Shown piece by piece: positions 1 to 8,317 of a stretch of 38,740 nt of DNA (its first letter is position 1; each line of letters starts with the position of its first letter). The notes beneath the pieces are model-generated. The model made no database searches and was not told where the DNA came from. It saw nothing but the letters and a program-made list of their open reading frames with translations. Where the stretch lies: positions 1 through 38,740 of IMG/VR virus record IMGVR_UViG_3300020045_002935; one strand, 5' to 3'. The position numbers and the translations under genes are program-made. Origin of the DNA: a virus. Its lineage: Duplodnaviria > Caudoviricetes.

Positions 1-121
1 AGTAGGTCAACAAGTGGCAAGTAAACCAAACGTTCAACAAGTAACTCAACCGAGTGCAAGCGAAGGGAGTGATCTCCCATTTTAACACATGGATATTTTA
101 CTATTAAAAACGGAGCGGGGA
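1..121. repeat. Terminal direct repeat, copy 1 (circular assembly overlap)
   Basis: 1..121 is identical to 38620..38740. It spans the end of the DUF3127 gene and the start of the DUF1367 gene. Confidence 0.95.
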
Positions 122-520
122 TTAATCCCATCATCGGATGAAGATTTAGTGAAATATACAAGCCTAAAAAACGGCAACACTTACAAAGCTAAATTTGTTG
201 TATATCGAAATTATGATTTTCACAAAAAATATTTTGCTTTGATAAATTGCGCTTGGGCTTATCTAAATGAAAAAACAACCGAGCATTTTAAAACGGTTGA
301 ACAATTTAGAAAAACGGTTGAAATGTCAGCTGGTCATTGCGATTTGATATTCTCTATCAAACGAAAAGAATGGATTGAAACACCTAAAAGCATTGCATTC
401 GATAAGATGAACGCATTAGAATTTCAAACGCTGTACGAGTCAGTAAAAACTGTTTTATACGCTATATTTTTAAAGCATATAACACAGGAAGAATTTGAAA
501 AGAATTTAATTAATTTTTAA
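89..520 (+). CDS. DUF1367 family (NinB-like) protein
   Basis: RNYDFHKKYFAL...PKSIAFDKM...EFQTLY motifs; follows the SSB-like gene. Confidence 0.7.
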   Translation: MDILLLKTERGLIPSSDEDLVKYTSLKNGNTYKAKFVVYRNYDFHKKYFALINCAWAYLNEKTTEHFKTVEQFRKTVEMSAGHCDLIFSIKRKEWIETPKSIAFDKMNALEFQTLYESVKTVLYAIFLKHITQEEFEKNLINF

Positions 521-521
521 G

Positions 522-641
522 ATGAACGAACTTTTAGAAGAAATACGAGTTACAAATTGCATGTCAACAAAGATGTGTGATTTGGTTAAGAGATTGCAAA
601 TAGAATTAAACAAACAAATTAAAACAGAAAAATTATGCTAA
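522..641 (+). CDS. Small hypothetical protein (39 aa, MNELLEEIRV...)
   Basis: Translated by hand. It fills the gap between DUF1367 and DUF4494. Confidence 0.4.
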   Translation: MNELLEEIRVTNCMSTKMCDLVKRLQIELNKQIKTEKLC

Positions 642-1066
642 ATTATTTTTTAGTCGGAATTAAGTACGAAAAAACAGTTGAAGAAGGCAAAATTATTAAA
701 GTATCAGAACAGTATTTAGTAGATGCTTTATCATTCACGGAAGCCGAAGAGCGAATTAACAAAGAGATGAAACCATTTATTAGTGGTGAGTTTGTAGTCG
801 ACAAAATTACAAGAGCAAAAATTAACGAGCTATTTTTCTATGATTTAGGCGATAAATGGTTCAAATCAAAAGTTTTCTTTGTTTCACTTGACGAAGAAAA
901 AGGCGTTGAAAAACGCACCGCATGCACAATGTATGTGCAAGCTAACGACATCAAAGAAGCCGAAGCCAATTTGCACGAAGGCATGAAGGGCACAATGGCA
1001 GATTACGAAATCGCTTCTATTACCGAGACAAAGATTTTGGATGTGTTTAACTACGTATCTGAATAA
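635..1066 (+). CDS. DUF4494 domain protein
   Basis: YEKT.EEG...KVSEQYLVDALSFTEAEERI...DKWFKSKV...ETKILDVF pattern typical of Bacteroidota DUF4494. Confidence 0.85.
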   Translation: MLNYFLVGIKYEKTVEEGKIIKVSEQYLVDALSFTEAEERINKEMKPFISGEFVVDKITRAKINELFFYDLGDKWFKSKVFFVSLDEEKGVEKRTACTMYVQANDIKEAEANLHEGMKGTMADYEIASITETKILDVFNYVSE

Positions 1067-1152
1067 ACAAACCCACCAAAAAGCAACTAACCACTAAACG
1101 GAGTCAAAGGAACTCCTTTTCGTTAGCGACGTAGAATATCCGCTTTTGGTGT

Positions 1153-1196
1153 AATTAGTTAAAGTTTGAATAATCATTTGAACTTTAACTAATTTT
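1153..1196 (+). terminator. 14-bp inverted repeat (possible terminator and/or operator)
   Basis: AATTAGTTAAAGTT (1153-1166) pairs with AACTTTAACTAATT (1181-1194), followed by Ts. Confidence 0.5.
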
Positions 1197-1207
1197 TGTA
1201 TGGAGTA

Positions 1208-1239
1208 TTTGCATATATGAAAAGAAAGTAGTATTTTTG
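1208..1239 (+). promoter_or_regulatory. Bacteroidota sigma-A-type promoter
   Basis: TTTG (1208-1211), N20, TATTTTTG (1232-1239). Carries the TTTGCATATATGAAAAGA 18-mer. Confidence 0.75.
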
Positions 1240-1273
1240 TGAGGTAATAAAAACAATTAAAATGTAAATAATA

Positions 1274-1549
1274 ATGGGAGAGCAAGTAACATATGCAAAA
1301 AATCTACCTGAAATTAGCTCCGAATTTATAGAGCCGTATGCACAAAGATTTTTAATGATGCAATTAGAGTCTATCTATTTTGGTTTAATTACTCCTGAGC
1401 AAGCAAAAGCCTCAATAAAAGAGGTAGAATACTTTATATCTTGTTTTTCTGGAATCCATGCCAGACTTGCCACTTCAAATATATATTATGGATTTAGAAG
1501 TATGTCAGATGAAAAGATAATAGAAATTTCAAAGTCAGTATTTGAATAA
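1274..1549 (+). CDS. Hypothetical protein
   Basis: ORF directly after a promoter with an A-rich start region. Confidence 0.65.
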   Translation: MGEQVTYAKNLPEISSEFIEPYAQRFLMMQLESIYFGLITPEQAKASIKEVEYFISCFSGIHARLATSNIYYGFRSMSDEKIIEISKSVFE

Positions 1550-1565
1550 CTTAAAATAATTACCC

Positions 1566-1817
1566 ATGGGACTATTCACCGAAAAACAAAAACGCATTCG
1601 TGGCAAGTTTGCGACACGAACACATGCAAACCTATACGAATCTATGAAAAACAGATTAGAGTTGCAAATTGAGCGTTTAAATAGGCAAACAAATGGTTTT
1701 TGGAGATTGATACGTGGAAAGGATGAAACAATTAGGATATTGCGTGAGGAAAACAAAGAGTTGAGAGATGTTATTTTTAATTTGAAACAAACGATTGAAA
1801 AGAATAAACGGAAATGA
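1566..1817 (+). CDS. Hypothetical coiled-coil protein
   Basis: ORF in operon; ATGA overlap with the next gene. Confidence 0.65.
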   Translation: MGLFTEKQKRIRGKFATRTHANLYESMKNRLELQIERLNRQTNGFWRLIRGKDETIRILREENKELRDVIFNLKQTIEKNKRK

Positions 1818-2038
1818 AAGAGCAACAATGTGATATGTGTACCGCTCCAATGGATGAAACAAAATCTATAGGAACAAAAGAATCAAATAAAAAATATCGT
1901 CAAACTTGGTTTAAATGTCCAATTTGTGGTTACGAAAAGAAAGTTAATGGAACTGGCTATTATCAAGATACTATAACTCCATTAAATGCACAACACGATG
2001 TAGATAAAATGTATCGTCAACAAGAAAGAAATAATTAA
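1814..2038 (+). CDS. Small zinc-ribbon protein
   Basis: CDMC...CPICG. Confidence 0.65.
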   Translation: MKEQQCDMCTAPMDETKSIGTKESNKKYRQTWFKCPICGYEKKVNGTGYYQDTITPLNAQHDVDKMYRQQERNN

Positions 2039-2040
2039 TC

Positions 2041-2325
2041 ATGAGCAAGAAAAACAGAAAAGAAAGTGTATTATCGGAGTATAAAAAACTACACCCGAAA
2101 CAATGCGTTTTATGCGGAACACCGGCAAACGATTTGTGCCACTTATTGCCACGCTCTTTATTTCCAGAGTACATAACTGAACCTAACAATTTAGTTATTA
2201 TGTGCCGTGACTGTCATAATTTGCATGACAATTCGATTGAATTTAGAACTATGCAAGAAAAATTATACAGTCAAGCATTATTGGTTGATGTGTTGGGTGC
2301 TAATCGTTATTATAGGAGGAACTAG
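2041..2325 (+). CDS. HNH endonuclease-like protein
   Basis: CVLCG...CHLLPRS...NLVIMCRDCHNLHD. Confidence 0.8.
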   Translation: MSKKNRKESVLSEYKKLHPKQCVLCGTPANDLCHLLPRSLFPEYITEPNNLVIMCRDCHNLHDNSIEFRTMQEKLYSQALLVDVLGANRYYRRN

Positions 2326-2326
2326 C

Positions 2327-2695
2327 ATGAAGAAACTAACACCAAAACAAATTGCTCTATACCGTGAACTAAACACGTTTTTAAAGAGATTTGACAATGA
2401 CACTGTACAAGAAGCTGTATTTAATAAAATAATGCCTACAAAGCGTTTATTTCGATGTGATTTTCTTTGCCCCAATTTAAAGGTTATAATTGAAGTAAAC
2501 GGTGGTCAATGGACGAATGGAAGACACAACCGTGGAGGTGTAGGTTATGAAAACGACCTTACAAAATTAAATATTGCTCAATTACACGGATTTAAGATAT
2601 TTCAATTTACTTATGAAATGTTAGAACGGAGAGAGTACGATGTGTTTTTACTTCATTTACAAACAGAACAAGATGAGATTTCAAATCAATTTTAA
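2327..2695 (+). CDS. PD-(D/E)XK / DUF559-like endonuclease
   Basis: FRCDF...IIEVNGG.W..GRHNRG.GYENDL.KLN.AQ..G motif. Start re-assigned to the ATG at 2327 (MKKLTP). Confidence 0.75.
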   Translation: MKKLTPKQIALYRELNTFLKRFDNDTVQEAVFNKIMPTKRLFRCDFLCPNLKVIIEVNGGQWTNGRHNRGGVGYENDLTKLNIAQLHGFKIFQFTYEMLERREYDVFLLHLQTEQDEISNQF

Positions 2696-2705
2696 ATAAA
2701 CAATT

Positions 2706-3395
2706 ATGATAAAAATAGATAATTTTTCGTTTTATAATTCCGATAATATGGAAATAATGAAGCAATACCATGATAAGTATTTCGATTTGGCTATTGTCGA
2801 CCCACCTTATGGAATAAATATTTCTCAAACTTTCGGTGGCGAAAAACGCAAAAGTGGCAAAGGTGCAGCACTTAAAAGCTCATTTACAAAAAAAGATTGG
2901 GATTCTGCAATACCTAATAAATCATATTTTGACGAACTATTCAGAATTTCAAAGAACCAAATTATTTGGGGAGCAAATTACTTTACTGAATACTTGCCAA
3001 ATAGTATGGGCTGGCTGGCGTGGAATAAAAACAATGGCACGACTAAATTTTCTGATTGTGAGCTTGCATTTACAAGCTATGATAAAGCATTAAGAATGTT
3101 TACTTATACATGGAATGGAATGCTTCAACAGAATATGAAAAACAAAGAGGATAGAATACATCCTACTCAAAATCCTATTGACTTATATGATTGGCTTATT
3201 CAAGAGCATGCTGAAAACGGCAATAAAATACTCGACACTCATTTAGGAAGTGGCTCAATAGCTTTAGCAATAGACAAAGCCAATAAACTCGACAATATGA
3301 ATTTAGAGTTTGTCGGAATTGAATTAGACACGGAGTATTTCAATGCTGCTTTAAATCGCTTTAAAATGTCACACGCACAACAAACAATATTTTGA
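2706..3395 (+). CDS. Orphan DNA methyltransferase (N6-adenine/N4-cytosine, beta class)
   Basis: DPPY catalytic motif precedes HPTQNP and the SAM-binding ILDTHLGSGS motif. Confidence 0.9.
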   Translation: MIKIDNFSFYNSDNMEIMKQYHDKYFDLAIVDPPYGINISQTFGGEKRKSGKGAALKSSFTKKDWDSAIPNKSYFDELFRISKNQIIWGANYFTEYLPNSMGWLAWNKNNGTTKFSDCELAFTSYDKALRMFTYTWNGMLQQNMKNKEDRIHPTQNPIDLYDWLIQEHAENGNKILDTHLGSGSIALAIDKANKLDNMNLEFVGIELDTEYFNAALNRFKMSHAQQTIF

Positions 3396-3412
3396 AAGTT
3401 TTATTCTAATCT

Positions 3413-3444
3413 CTTGTTTATTCAAAAAATAATGTTTATCTTTG
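3413..3444 (+). promoter_or_regulatory. Promoter of the replication operon
   Basis: CTTG (3413-3416), N20, TATCTTTG (3437-3444). Confidence 0.7.
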
Positions 3445-3457
3445 TCGTGTATTAAAA

Positions 3458-3552
3458 ATTGTACTGCCATACAATAACAAGAAATTGAGCGAAAGCTCTA
3501 AACTGAGAGTTATAATGATAGGGTGGCAGCCCTTGACTTATAGCTCTTTTTT
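3458..3552 (+). ncRNA. Structured leader RNA with loop-loop complementarity, ending in a terminator-like hairpin
   Basis: Three hairpins. Loops CTGCCA and TGGCAG are complementary, and a U-tract follows the last stem. Confidence 0.6.
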
Positions 3553-3601
3553 GTTTAATAATATTTAAAATTTACTTGTTTTTTAAAACATTTATAACAT
3601 T

Positions 3602-3808
3602 ATGGCTAATGTAAAAGTTGTATTTTATGGTTCGGAAAAAAGCAATACATCCGAACATTCTCTAAATTGCTATACAAATGCATCAGATGAAATATTTATA
3701 TCTATTGATATGGATAACGATTTCCCATTTGCATCTTTTATCTCTTTAGATAAAGAAACAGCAATAAAACTATCCCGTGAGTTGCGTAAACAAATTTCAT
3801 ACATTTGA
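3602..3808 (+). CDS. Hypothetical protein
   Basis: First ORF after the leader; overlaps the next gene. Confidence 0.7.
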   Translation: MANVKVVFYGSEKSNTSEHSLNCYTNASDEIFISIDMDNDFPFASFISLDKETAIKLSRELRKQISYI

Positions 3809-4569
3809 TTATGGCAGAGAATAAAAAATCATTCATCCTTTACGCCGATACTTTGAGCATGGTTGATAAACTTCCAAATGAAAAAGCAGGCGAATTATTC
3901 AAAATGATACTTGAATATGTAAATGATAAGCATCCAAATACTGATGACTTATTATTACAAATAGCATTTGAGCCTATTAAATTACAGCTAAAACGTGATT
4001 TAAAGCAATGGGAGGATAAGATTGAAAATAAGAGTATAGGCGGTCGAATTGGGAACTTAAAACGTTGGAATTTGGATTTATACAATCTAGTAAACGATAA
4101 AAAAATAGATTTAGGAGAAGCTGAAAGTATCGCAAAAAGTCGCATACTATCGCATACCGATAAAAAAGAATCGCTACCTATCGCAAAAATCGCTGATACT
4201 GTAAATGATACTGTTACTGTTACTGTAAATGATATAAAGAAAGAAAAAGAAAAAGAGTATAGAAAATTTGCTCACTTGAAAATTTCATTTTCTGAGGTTG
4301 AAAAAATTAAGGCACAAGGATATTTGCAAAATCAAATTGATGGCATTTTAGATTCAATCGAAAATTACAAAAAAAATACTTCTTACACATCACTTTATTT
4401 AACTGCACTAAAATGGTTAAAAAAAGAATATCCTTCTGTAGTTTCAAAAAGTACTGAAAATATTGAATACAATTACAAATTTTTTGACATTCCAATTACG
4501 GAGGAATATAATTTTACTCCAGCGCAAATAATTGAATTTTGTAAACAAGGTAAATATCAACGGTTATGA
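3805..4569 (+). CDS. Replication initiator-like protein (DUF6291 N-terminus)
   Basis: KKSFILYAD...AGELFK.ILEYVND...AFEPIK.QLKRD; DTVNDTVTVTVND linker; lies upstream of the primase-helicase. Start probably ATG 3811. Confidence 0.75.
   Translation: MIMAENKKSFILYADTLSMVDKLPNEKAGELFKMILEYVNDKHPNTDDLLLQIAFEPIKLQLKRDLKQWEDKIENKSIGGRIGNLKRWNLDLYNLVNDKKIDLGEAESIAKSRILSHTDKKESLPIAKIADTVNDTVTVTVNDIKKEKEKEYRKFAHLKISFSEVEKIKAQGYLQNQIDGILDSIENYKKNTSYTSLYLTALKWLKKEYPSVVSKSTENIEYNYKFFDIPITEEYNFTPAQIIEFCKQGKYQRL
4128..4234. repeat. Iteron-like repeats (putative origin) inside the initiator gene
   Basis: TCGC at 4130, 4140, 4150, 4171, 4181 and 4190, followed by TACTGT(AAATGA) repeats. Confidence 0.5.
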
Positions 4570-6353
4570 TTAGAATAGATACTTATACGATTGATGATAG
4601 CAAAAGCCGTGGACGTTCTCAATTTAAAACAAAATGCCCTGAATGTGCTAAATTAGGCAAAAAACATTTAAATGATGATTTATCAGTAAACTTAAATTTG
4701 CATGTATGTAATTGCCATAAATGCGGTTATAAGGCATTTTTTGGAGAAAGGGACACAAAAGAACTTTACAAAGATTATAAATTACCAGATGCTAAAAACT
4801 TAACACAACTTACCTTAGAACATTTGCAATGTTTTTCAAGACGTGGGATAACACAGGAAACAGTTATTCGTAATGGCATTAAATCGGCAAAGAATGATTA
4901 TTATGCTTTTGTCTATTATGAGGGCGAAACGGTTGTTAACATGAAATATAGACATTCGAAAGAAAAGAAATTCATGCAAGCACCCGAAGCAAAGCCAACA
5001 ATGTACAAATACAATGACATTGCAAATAGCGATAAGATAATTATTTGTGAAGGTGAATTTGATGCATTAGCATGGGAGGAAGCAGGATATTTATTTTCTA
5101 CTTCTGTAAACCAAGGAGCACCAAACGAAAAGGATGTAAATGTTGAAAAGAAGTTAGAATGCGTTTACAATTGTTTTGATGTTTTCGAAAGTGCAGAAAT
5201 AATTTACTTGTCAGTCGATAACGATCCAAACGGCCAACGATTGCAAAAGGAGTTGATTAAAATGTTTACATCTGAAAAAATACGAATAATTGACCACTTA
5301 GATTGTAAAGATGCAAATGAAATTCTTTTGAAGTATGGGAAAGAGAAGCTAAAAGAATGTTTCGAGAATGCAAAAGAAATACCAGTCGACGGTATATTTG
5401 AATGTAAAGATTTTGAGTATGATATTTTAAACGATTACCGAAACGGACAACCAAGGGGAACAACAACACATTTTAGTAGCATAGATCCGCATTATACGCA
5501 TAGGATGGGTGAAGTATCAATTTGGACAGGATACAATAACGAGGGGAAAAGTTTATTTTTAAAACAACTATTACTATTAAAATCAAAGTACGACGGATGG
5601 AAGCATGCTATCTTTAGCCCTGAGGAAATGCCTTACAATGAGTGGTACACAGACTTAATAGAAAGCTATATCGGGAAGAGTGCGGATAAGACATACACAG
5701 GAAATTTAATGTCTGAAATGCAGCTTAAAGAAGGAATTAAGTTCATGCAAGAACATTTTTATACTGTTTATCCGGAGGAAGAACAATCACTCGAAGAAAT
5801 ATTAAAAAGGTTTTCTTATCTTGTGCGAAAGAAAAATATTAAAACCGTAACCCTCGATCCTTATAATCAAATTCAACATAAAATGCAAAGCGGTGAAAGG
5901 GAGGATTTATACATTAGCCGTTTTATGAGCAAATTAAAAGCTTTTGCAGTAAAACATGATGTTGCTGTTCATTTGGTAGCCCACCAATTAACCCCACAAT
6001 TTAAGGCAAATGAGAAGTACCCAGAGCCAAATATATATACTATAAAAGGCGGTGGAACATTTGCGGATAAAGCAGACAACGTTTTGATAGTTTGGCGTGA
6101 AAACAGGAATGTAGATATTAAAGATACTTTAGTTAAGTTTATAAGTAAAAAAATAAAGAAACAAAAACTAACAGGTTTACCGGGTGAAATTACTTTGAAT
6201 TATAACCGTGGAGCAAATAGATATACTTTTAACGGAGAAAGCCCATTTGAAAGGATAGTAGAAACACAAGTTTTGATTCAACCTAACTATAATTTCTACG
6301 AACCGCAAAAAGACCCATTCGAAAAAATAACAAACGAAGATACACCATTTTAA
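4566..6353 (+). CDS. Bifunctional primase-helicase (T7 gp4/Twinkle-like)
   Basis: Zn finger CPEC...CHKC; TOPRIM ICEGEFDAL and DND; SF4 Walker A TGYNNEGKS; LDPYN; LVAHQ; acidic tail EDTPF. Confidence 0.92.
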   Translation: MIRIDTYTIDDSKSRGRSQFKTKCPECAKLGKKHLNDDLSVNLNLHVCNCHKCGYKAFFGERDTKELYKDYKLPDAKNLTQLTLEHLQCFSRRGITQETVIRNGIKSAKNDYYAFVYYEGETVVNMKYRHSKEKKFMQAPEAKPTMYKYNDIANSDKIIICEGEFDALAWEEAGYLFSTSVNQGAPNEKDVNVEKKLECVYNCFDVFESAEIIYLSVDNDPNGQRLQKELIKMFTSEKIRIIDHLDCKDANEILLKYGKEKLKECFENAKEIPVDGIFECKDFEYDILNDYRNGQPRGTTTHFSSIDPHYTHRMGEVSIWTGYNNEGKSLFLKQLLLLKSKYDGWKHAIFSPEEMPYNEWYTDLIESYIGKSADKTYTGNLMSEMQLKEGIKFMQEHFYTVYPEEEQSLEEILKRFSYLVRKKNIKTVTLDPYNQIQHKMQSGEREDLYISRFMSKLKAFAVKHDVAVHLVAHQLTPQFKANEKYPEPNIYTIKGGGTFADKADNVLIVWRENRNVDIKDTLVKFISKKIKKQKLTGLPGEITLNYNRGANRYTFNGESPFERIVETQVLIQPNYNFYEPQKDPFEKITNEDTPF

Positions 6354-6377
6354 AAACAACAATTAAAAAATTAAATT

Positions 6378-6566
6378 ATGAGTTTAAATAAATATTTTGA
6401 TGATTTAGAAGAATACGAAAACTCGCTTTATTGCTCCGAATGTGGAGGTGATAAAAAAGATGGATTTCATTATTCAAGAACGTGCTCTAGTGGAGAAGTC
6501 TATTATTGCCAATTATGTAAAACTGAAAAACAAGTGTCTAATAGACCAAATGAAGATAACTATTAA
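6378..6566 (+). CDS. Small zinc-finger protein
   Basis: CSECG...CQLC. Confidence 0.6.
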   Translation: MSLNKYFDDLEEYENSLYCSECGGDKKDGFHYSRTCSSGEVYYCQLCKTEKQVSNRPNEDNY

Positions 6567-6577
6567 ATTTAAAAGCT

Positions 6578-6856
6578 ATGAACTTAAAAGAAGTAATCAC
6601 TCGTAACTACAACGCAACCGTAAGACGTGGACAAATAAGCAATAAAACAACTGTAACGGACTTTCTAAACAAAATAGATGAAGAGGTTGAAGAATTAAAA
6701 GATAGCCGTAAAAAGTGCTCTAAAATTTATCCGTTCGATCCACTTGAAGCCATTGATGTAATATTAGTCAATGCTACCATGTTACACCATTACGGATTTG
6801 ATGTAGAAAGTTTACTAAATAAAAAAGTAGAAATAAATGAAACAAGAAAAGATTAA
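6578..6856 (+). CDS. MazG-like nucleotide pyrophosphohydrolase
   Basis: KIDEEVEEL...EAIDV (ExxE...ExxD) and KKVEINETR. Confidence 0.7.
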   Translation: MNLKEVITRNYNATVRRGQISNKTTVTDFLNKIDEEVEELKDSRKKCSKIYPFDPLEAIDVILVNATMLHHYGFDVESLLNKKVEINETRKD

Positions 6857-7166
6857 AAAGTATTATTTAAGTGGTAGAATATCAGGGTTAAGTGTAGAAG
6901 AATACACTCTTAATTTTTTATCTGCAGGAGATGCATTATTCTACTCAAACGAGTTTAATGTAGAAAAGGACATAATTGTAAATCCTTTACATATAAAACC
7001 GTTTTTAGGCATAAAATCATGGTTAACATACATGATTGCAGACGTTTTAAAACAAAGAAAGTGTACACATTCAGTATTTCAAAAGAACTGGATTGAAAGT
7101 AAAGGAAGTGTTATAGAATATTTCTTAGCGAAGTTTATCTTTAAACAAAAAATTATTTTCATTTGA
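6837..7166 (+). CDS. DUF4406 (nucleoside deoxyribosyltransferase-like) protein
   Basis: YLSGRISG...VNP...W..YM..D...W.ESKG..IE..LA. Confidence 0.7.
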   Translation: MKQEKIKKYYLSGRISGLSVEEYTLNFLSAGDALFYSNEFNVEKDIIVNPLHIKPFLGIKSWLTYMIADVLKQRKCTHSVFQKNWIESKGSVIEYFLAKFIFKQKIIFI

Positions 7167-7188
7167 TTTAAAACTTTAACTATAAACA

Positions 7189-7220
7189 TTTGTTTTATAA
7201 AAAAACTATTCCGAAATTTG
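7189..7220 (+). promoter_or_regulatory. Putative promoter (non-canonical -7 element)
   Basis: TTTG, N20, GAAATTTG. Spacer resembles that of the 33243 promoter. Confidence 0.45.
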
Positions 7221-7243
7221 CAGGGTAATTAAATAATTGAAAT

Positions 7244-7798
7244 ATGGACAAGAAAGAATTTTTAGGTGCAAGTTTGCACACTGGGTTGAAAGTACTGCAT
7301 TTTGATGCAAATAGAGAATCGGAGCATATTTGCAAAATAGAGATTTTGCATAACGAAGAAGTGACAATATCGGATGGTGAGCACGAATACGACTTATTAT
7401 TAGATGATTTAACCCCTATCCTCCGCCCACTTTCAGCCATGACCAAACCAATTACGCACAATGGAAAAACGTTCGTTCCATTGGTAGAGTTGGCGAAAAT
7501 AGCTGATATGAACGTTACAGATGATTTCAAATGCGTCGAGCATCATAATGCATGGGGAGTGAGATTCAAAGATGAAGATGATGAGTGTGTGTTTTACGAG
7601 ATATTATCCTACTCATCTAATACAAATTCTTTTTCAACACAAACAATACAAGGCGAAGATGTGATAAGTGAAAGAGTTTTAGAAATGACTTTTAATCAAC
7701 TCCAATTATTTCAAAAACTTATCGAATGGCATTTCAATCTAATGGACGAATCAGAGCCATTCATTCCCGTAACAGAAGAATTTAATCCTTATAAATAA
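7244..7798 (+). CDS. Conserved phage hypothetical protein
   Basis: PILRPLS.MTKPITHNG..FVP...L.EWHF motif, recognised from Bacteroidota phages. Confidence 0.7.
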   Translation: MDKKEFLGASLHTGLKVLHFDANRESEHICKIEILHNEEVTISDGEHEYDLLLDDLTPILRPLSAMTKPITHNGKTFVPLVELAKIADMNVTDDFKCVEHHNAWGVRFKDEDDECVFYEILSYSSNTNSFSTQTIQGEDVISERVLEMTFNQLQLFQKLIEWHFNLMDESEPFIPVTEEFNPYK

Positions 7799-7801
7799 AT
7801 T

Positions 7802-8065
7802 ATGAAAAATAAACGAATTTATATCGCTCAAAACGAAATAGGAGTAATCCAAGGCGTAAAAGTAAGAGCAAAGCTATTAACTAACAACACAAAGTATAAC
7901 GTTCAATGCGAATGCCCTTGTAAGGATTGCGCTTTGAAAAACAAAAACATCTGTTTTGAGGTTGTTGGAGAAAAACGATTATCACTACCAACAAGACCAG
8001 CATGTTTCGGGAATGATCCTGAAAACTTGTTAAGCATGCCATTAATTTACGTTAACGAAAAATAA
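7802..8065 (+). CDS. Cys-rich hypothetical protein
   Basis: CECPCKDCAL...C...C. Confidence 0.6.
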   Translation: MKNKRIYIAQNEIGVIQGVKVRAKLLTNNTKYNVQCECPCKDCALKNKNICFEVVGEKRLSLPTRPACFGNDPENLLSMPLIYVNEK

Positions 8066-8076
8066 ACAGCTAATAG

Positions 8077-8107
8077 TTTGTTTATTAGCAAATAATTACT
8101 ATATTTG
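8077..8107 (+). promoter_or_regulatory. Promoter for the ncRNA/tRNA-like unit and downstream genes
   Basis: TTTG (8077-8080), N19, TATATTTG (8100-8107). Confidence 0.75.
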
Positions 8108-8109
8108 CA

Positions 8110-8313
8110 TGTGATTAAGATTGAAGCAACGAATAAATATATTACTCGAAATGCTGTGAGTAGTTTAAACCGATAACAGATGGAATTAGTCGGGTATTTA
8201 TAACTTAGGCATAAGTTAGTTTGTTAGATGTGTCATACTTCATTAAAAGAGACCACCCAAGGTAGTAATAGTAGATAGGTATATGATATTTCTTATGTGA
8301 GGACTTAATCACA
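8110..8313 (+). ncRNA. Candidate ~200-nt multibranched structured RNA
   Basis: 10-bp closing helix TGTGATTAAG/CTTAATCACA, several internal hairpins, no ORF in the track, begins at the predicted TSS. Confidence 0.6.
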
Positions 8314-8317
8314 AAAC

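Noticed and set aside
2041-2325. HNH gene as part of a self-splicing intron or mobile homing element
   Set aside because: It is free-standing in the nin-like region and interrupts no gene.
3487-3510. Hammerhead ribozyme or TPP riboswitch (GAAA, CTGAGA)
   Set aside because: The CUGANGA core and required stem order are absent, and other TPP consensus elements are missing.
8110-8313. CRISPR repeat or mini-array (TGTGATT...AATCACAA resembles type II-C repeat ends)
   Set aside because: The two halves are ~190 nt apart and I found no repeat-spacer periodicity anywhere in the window.
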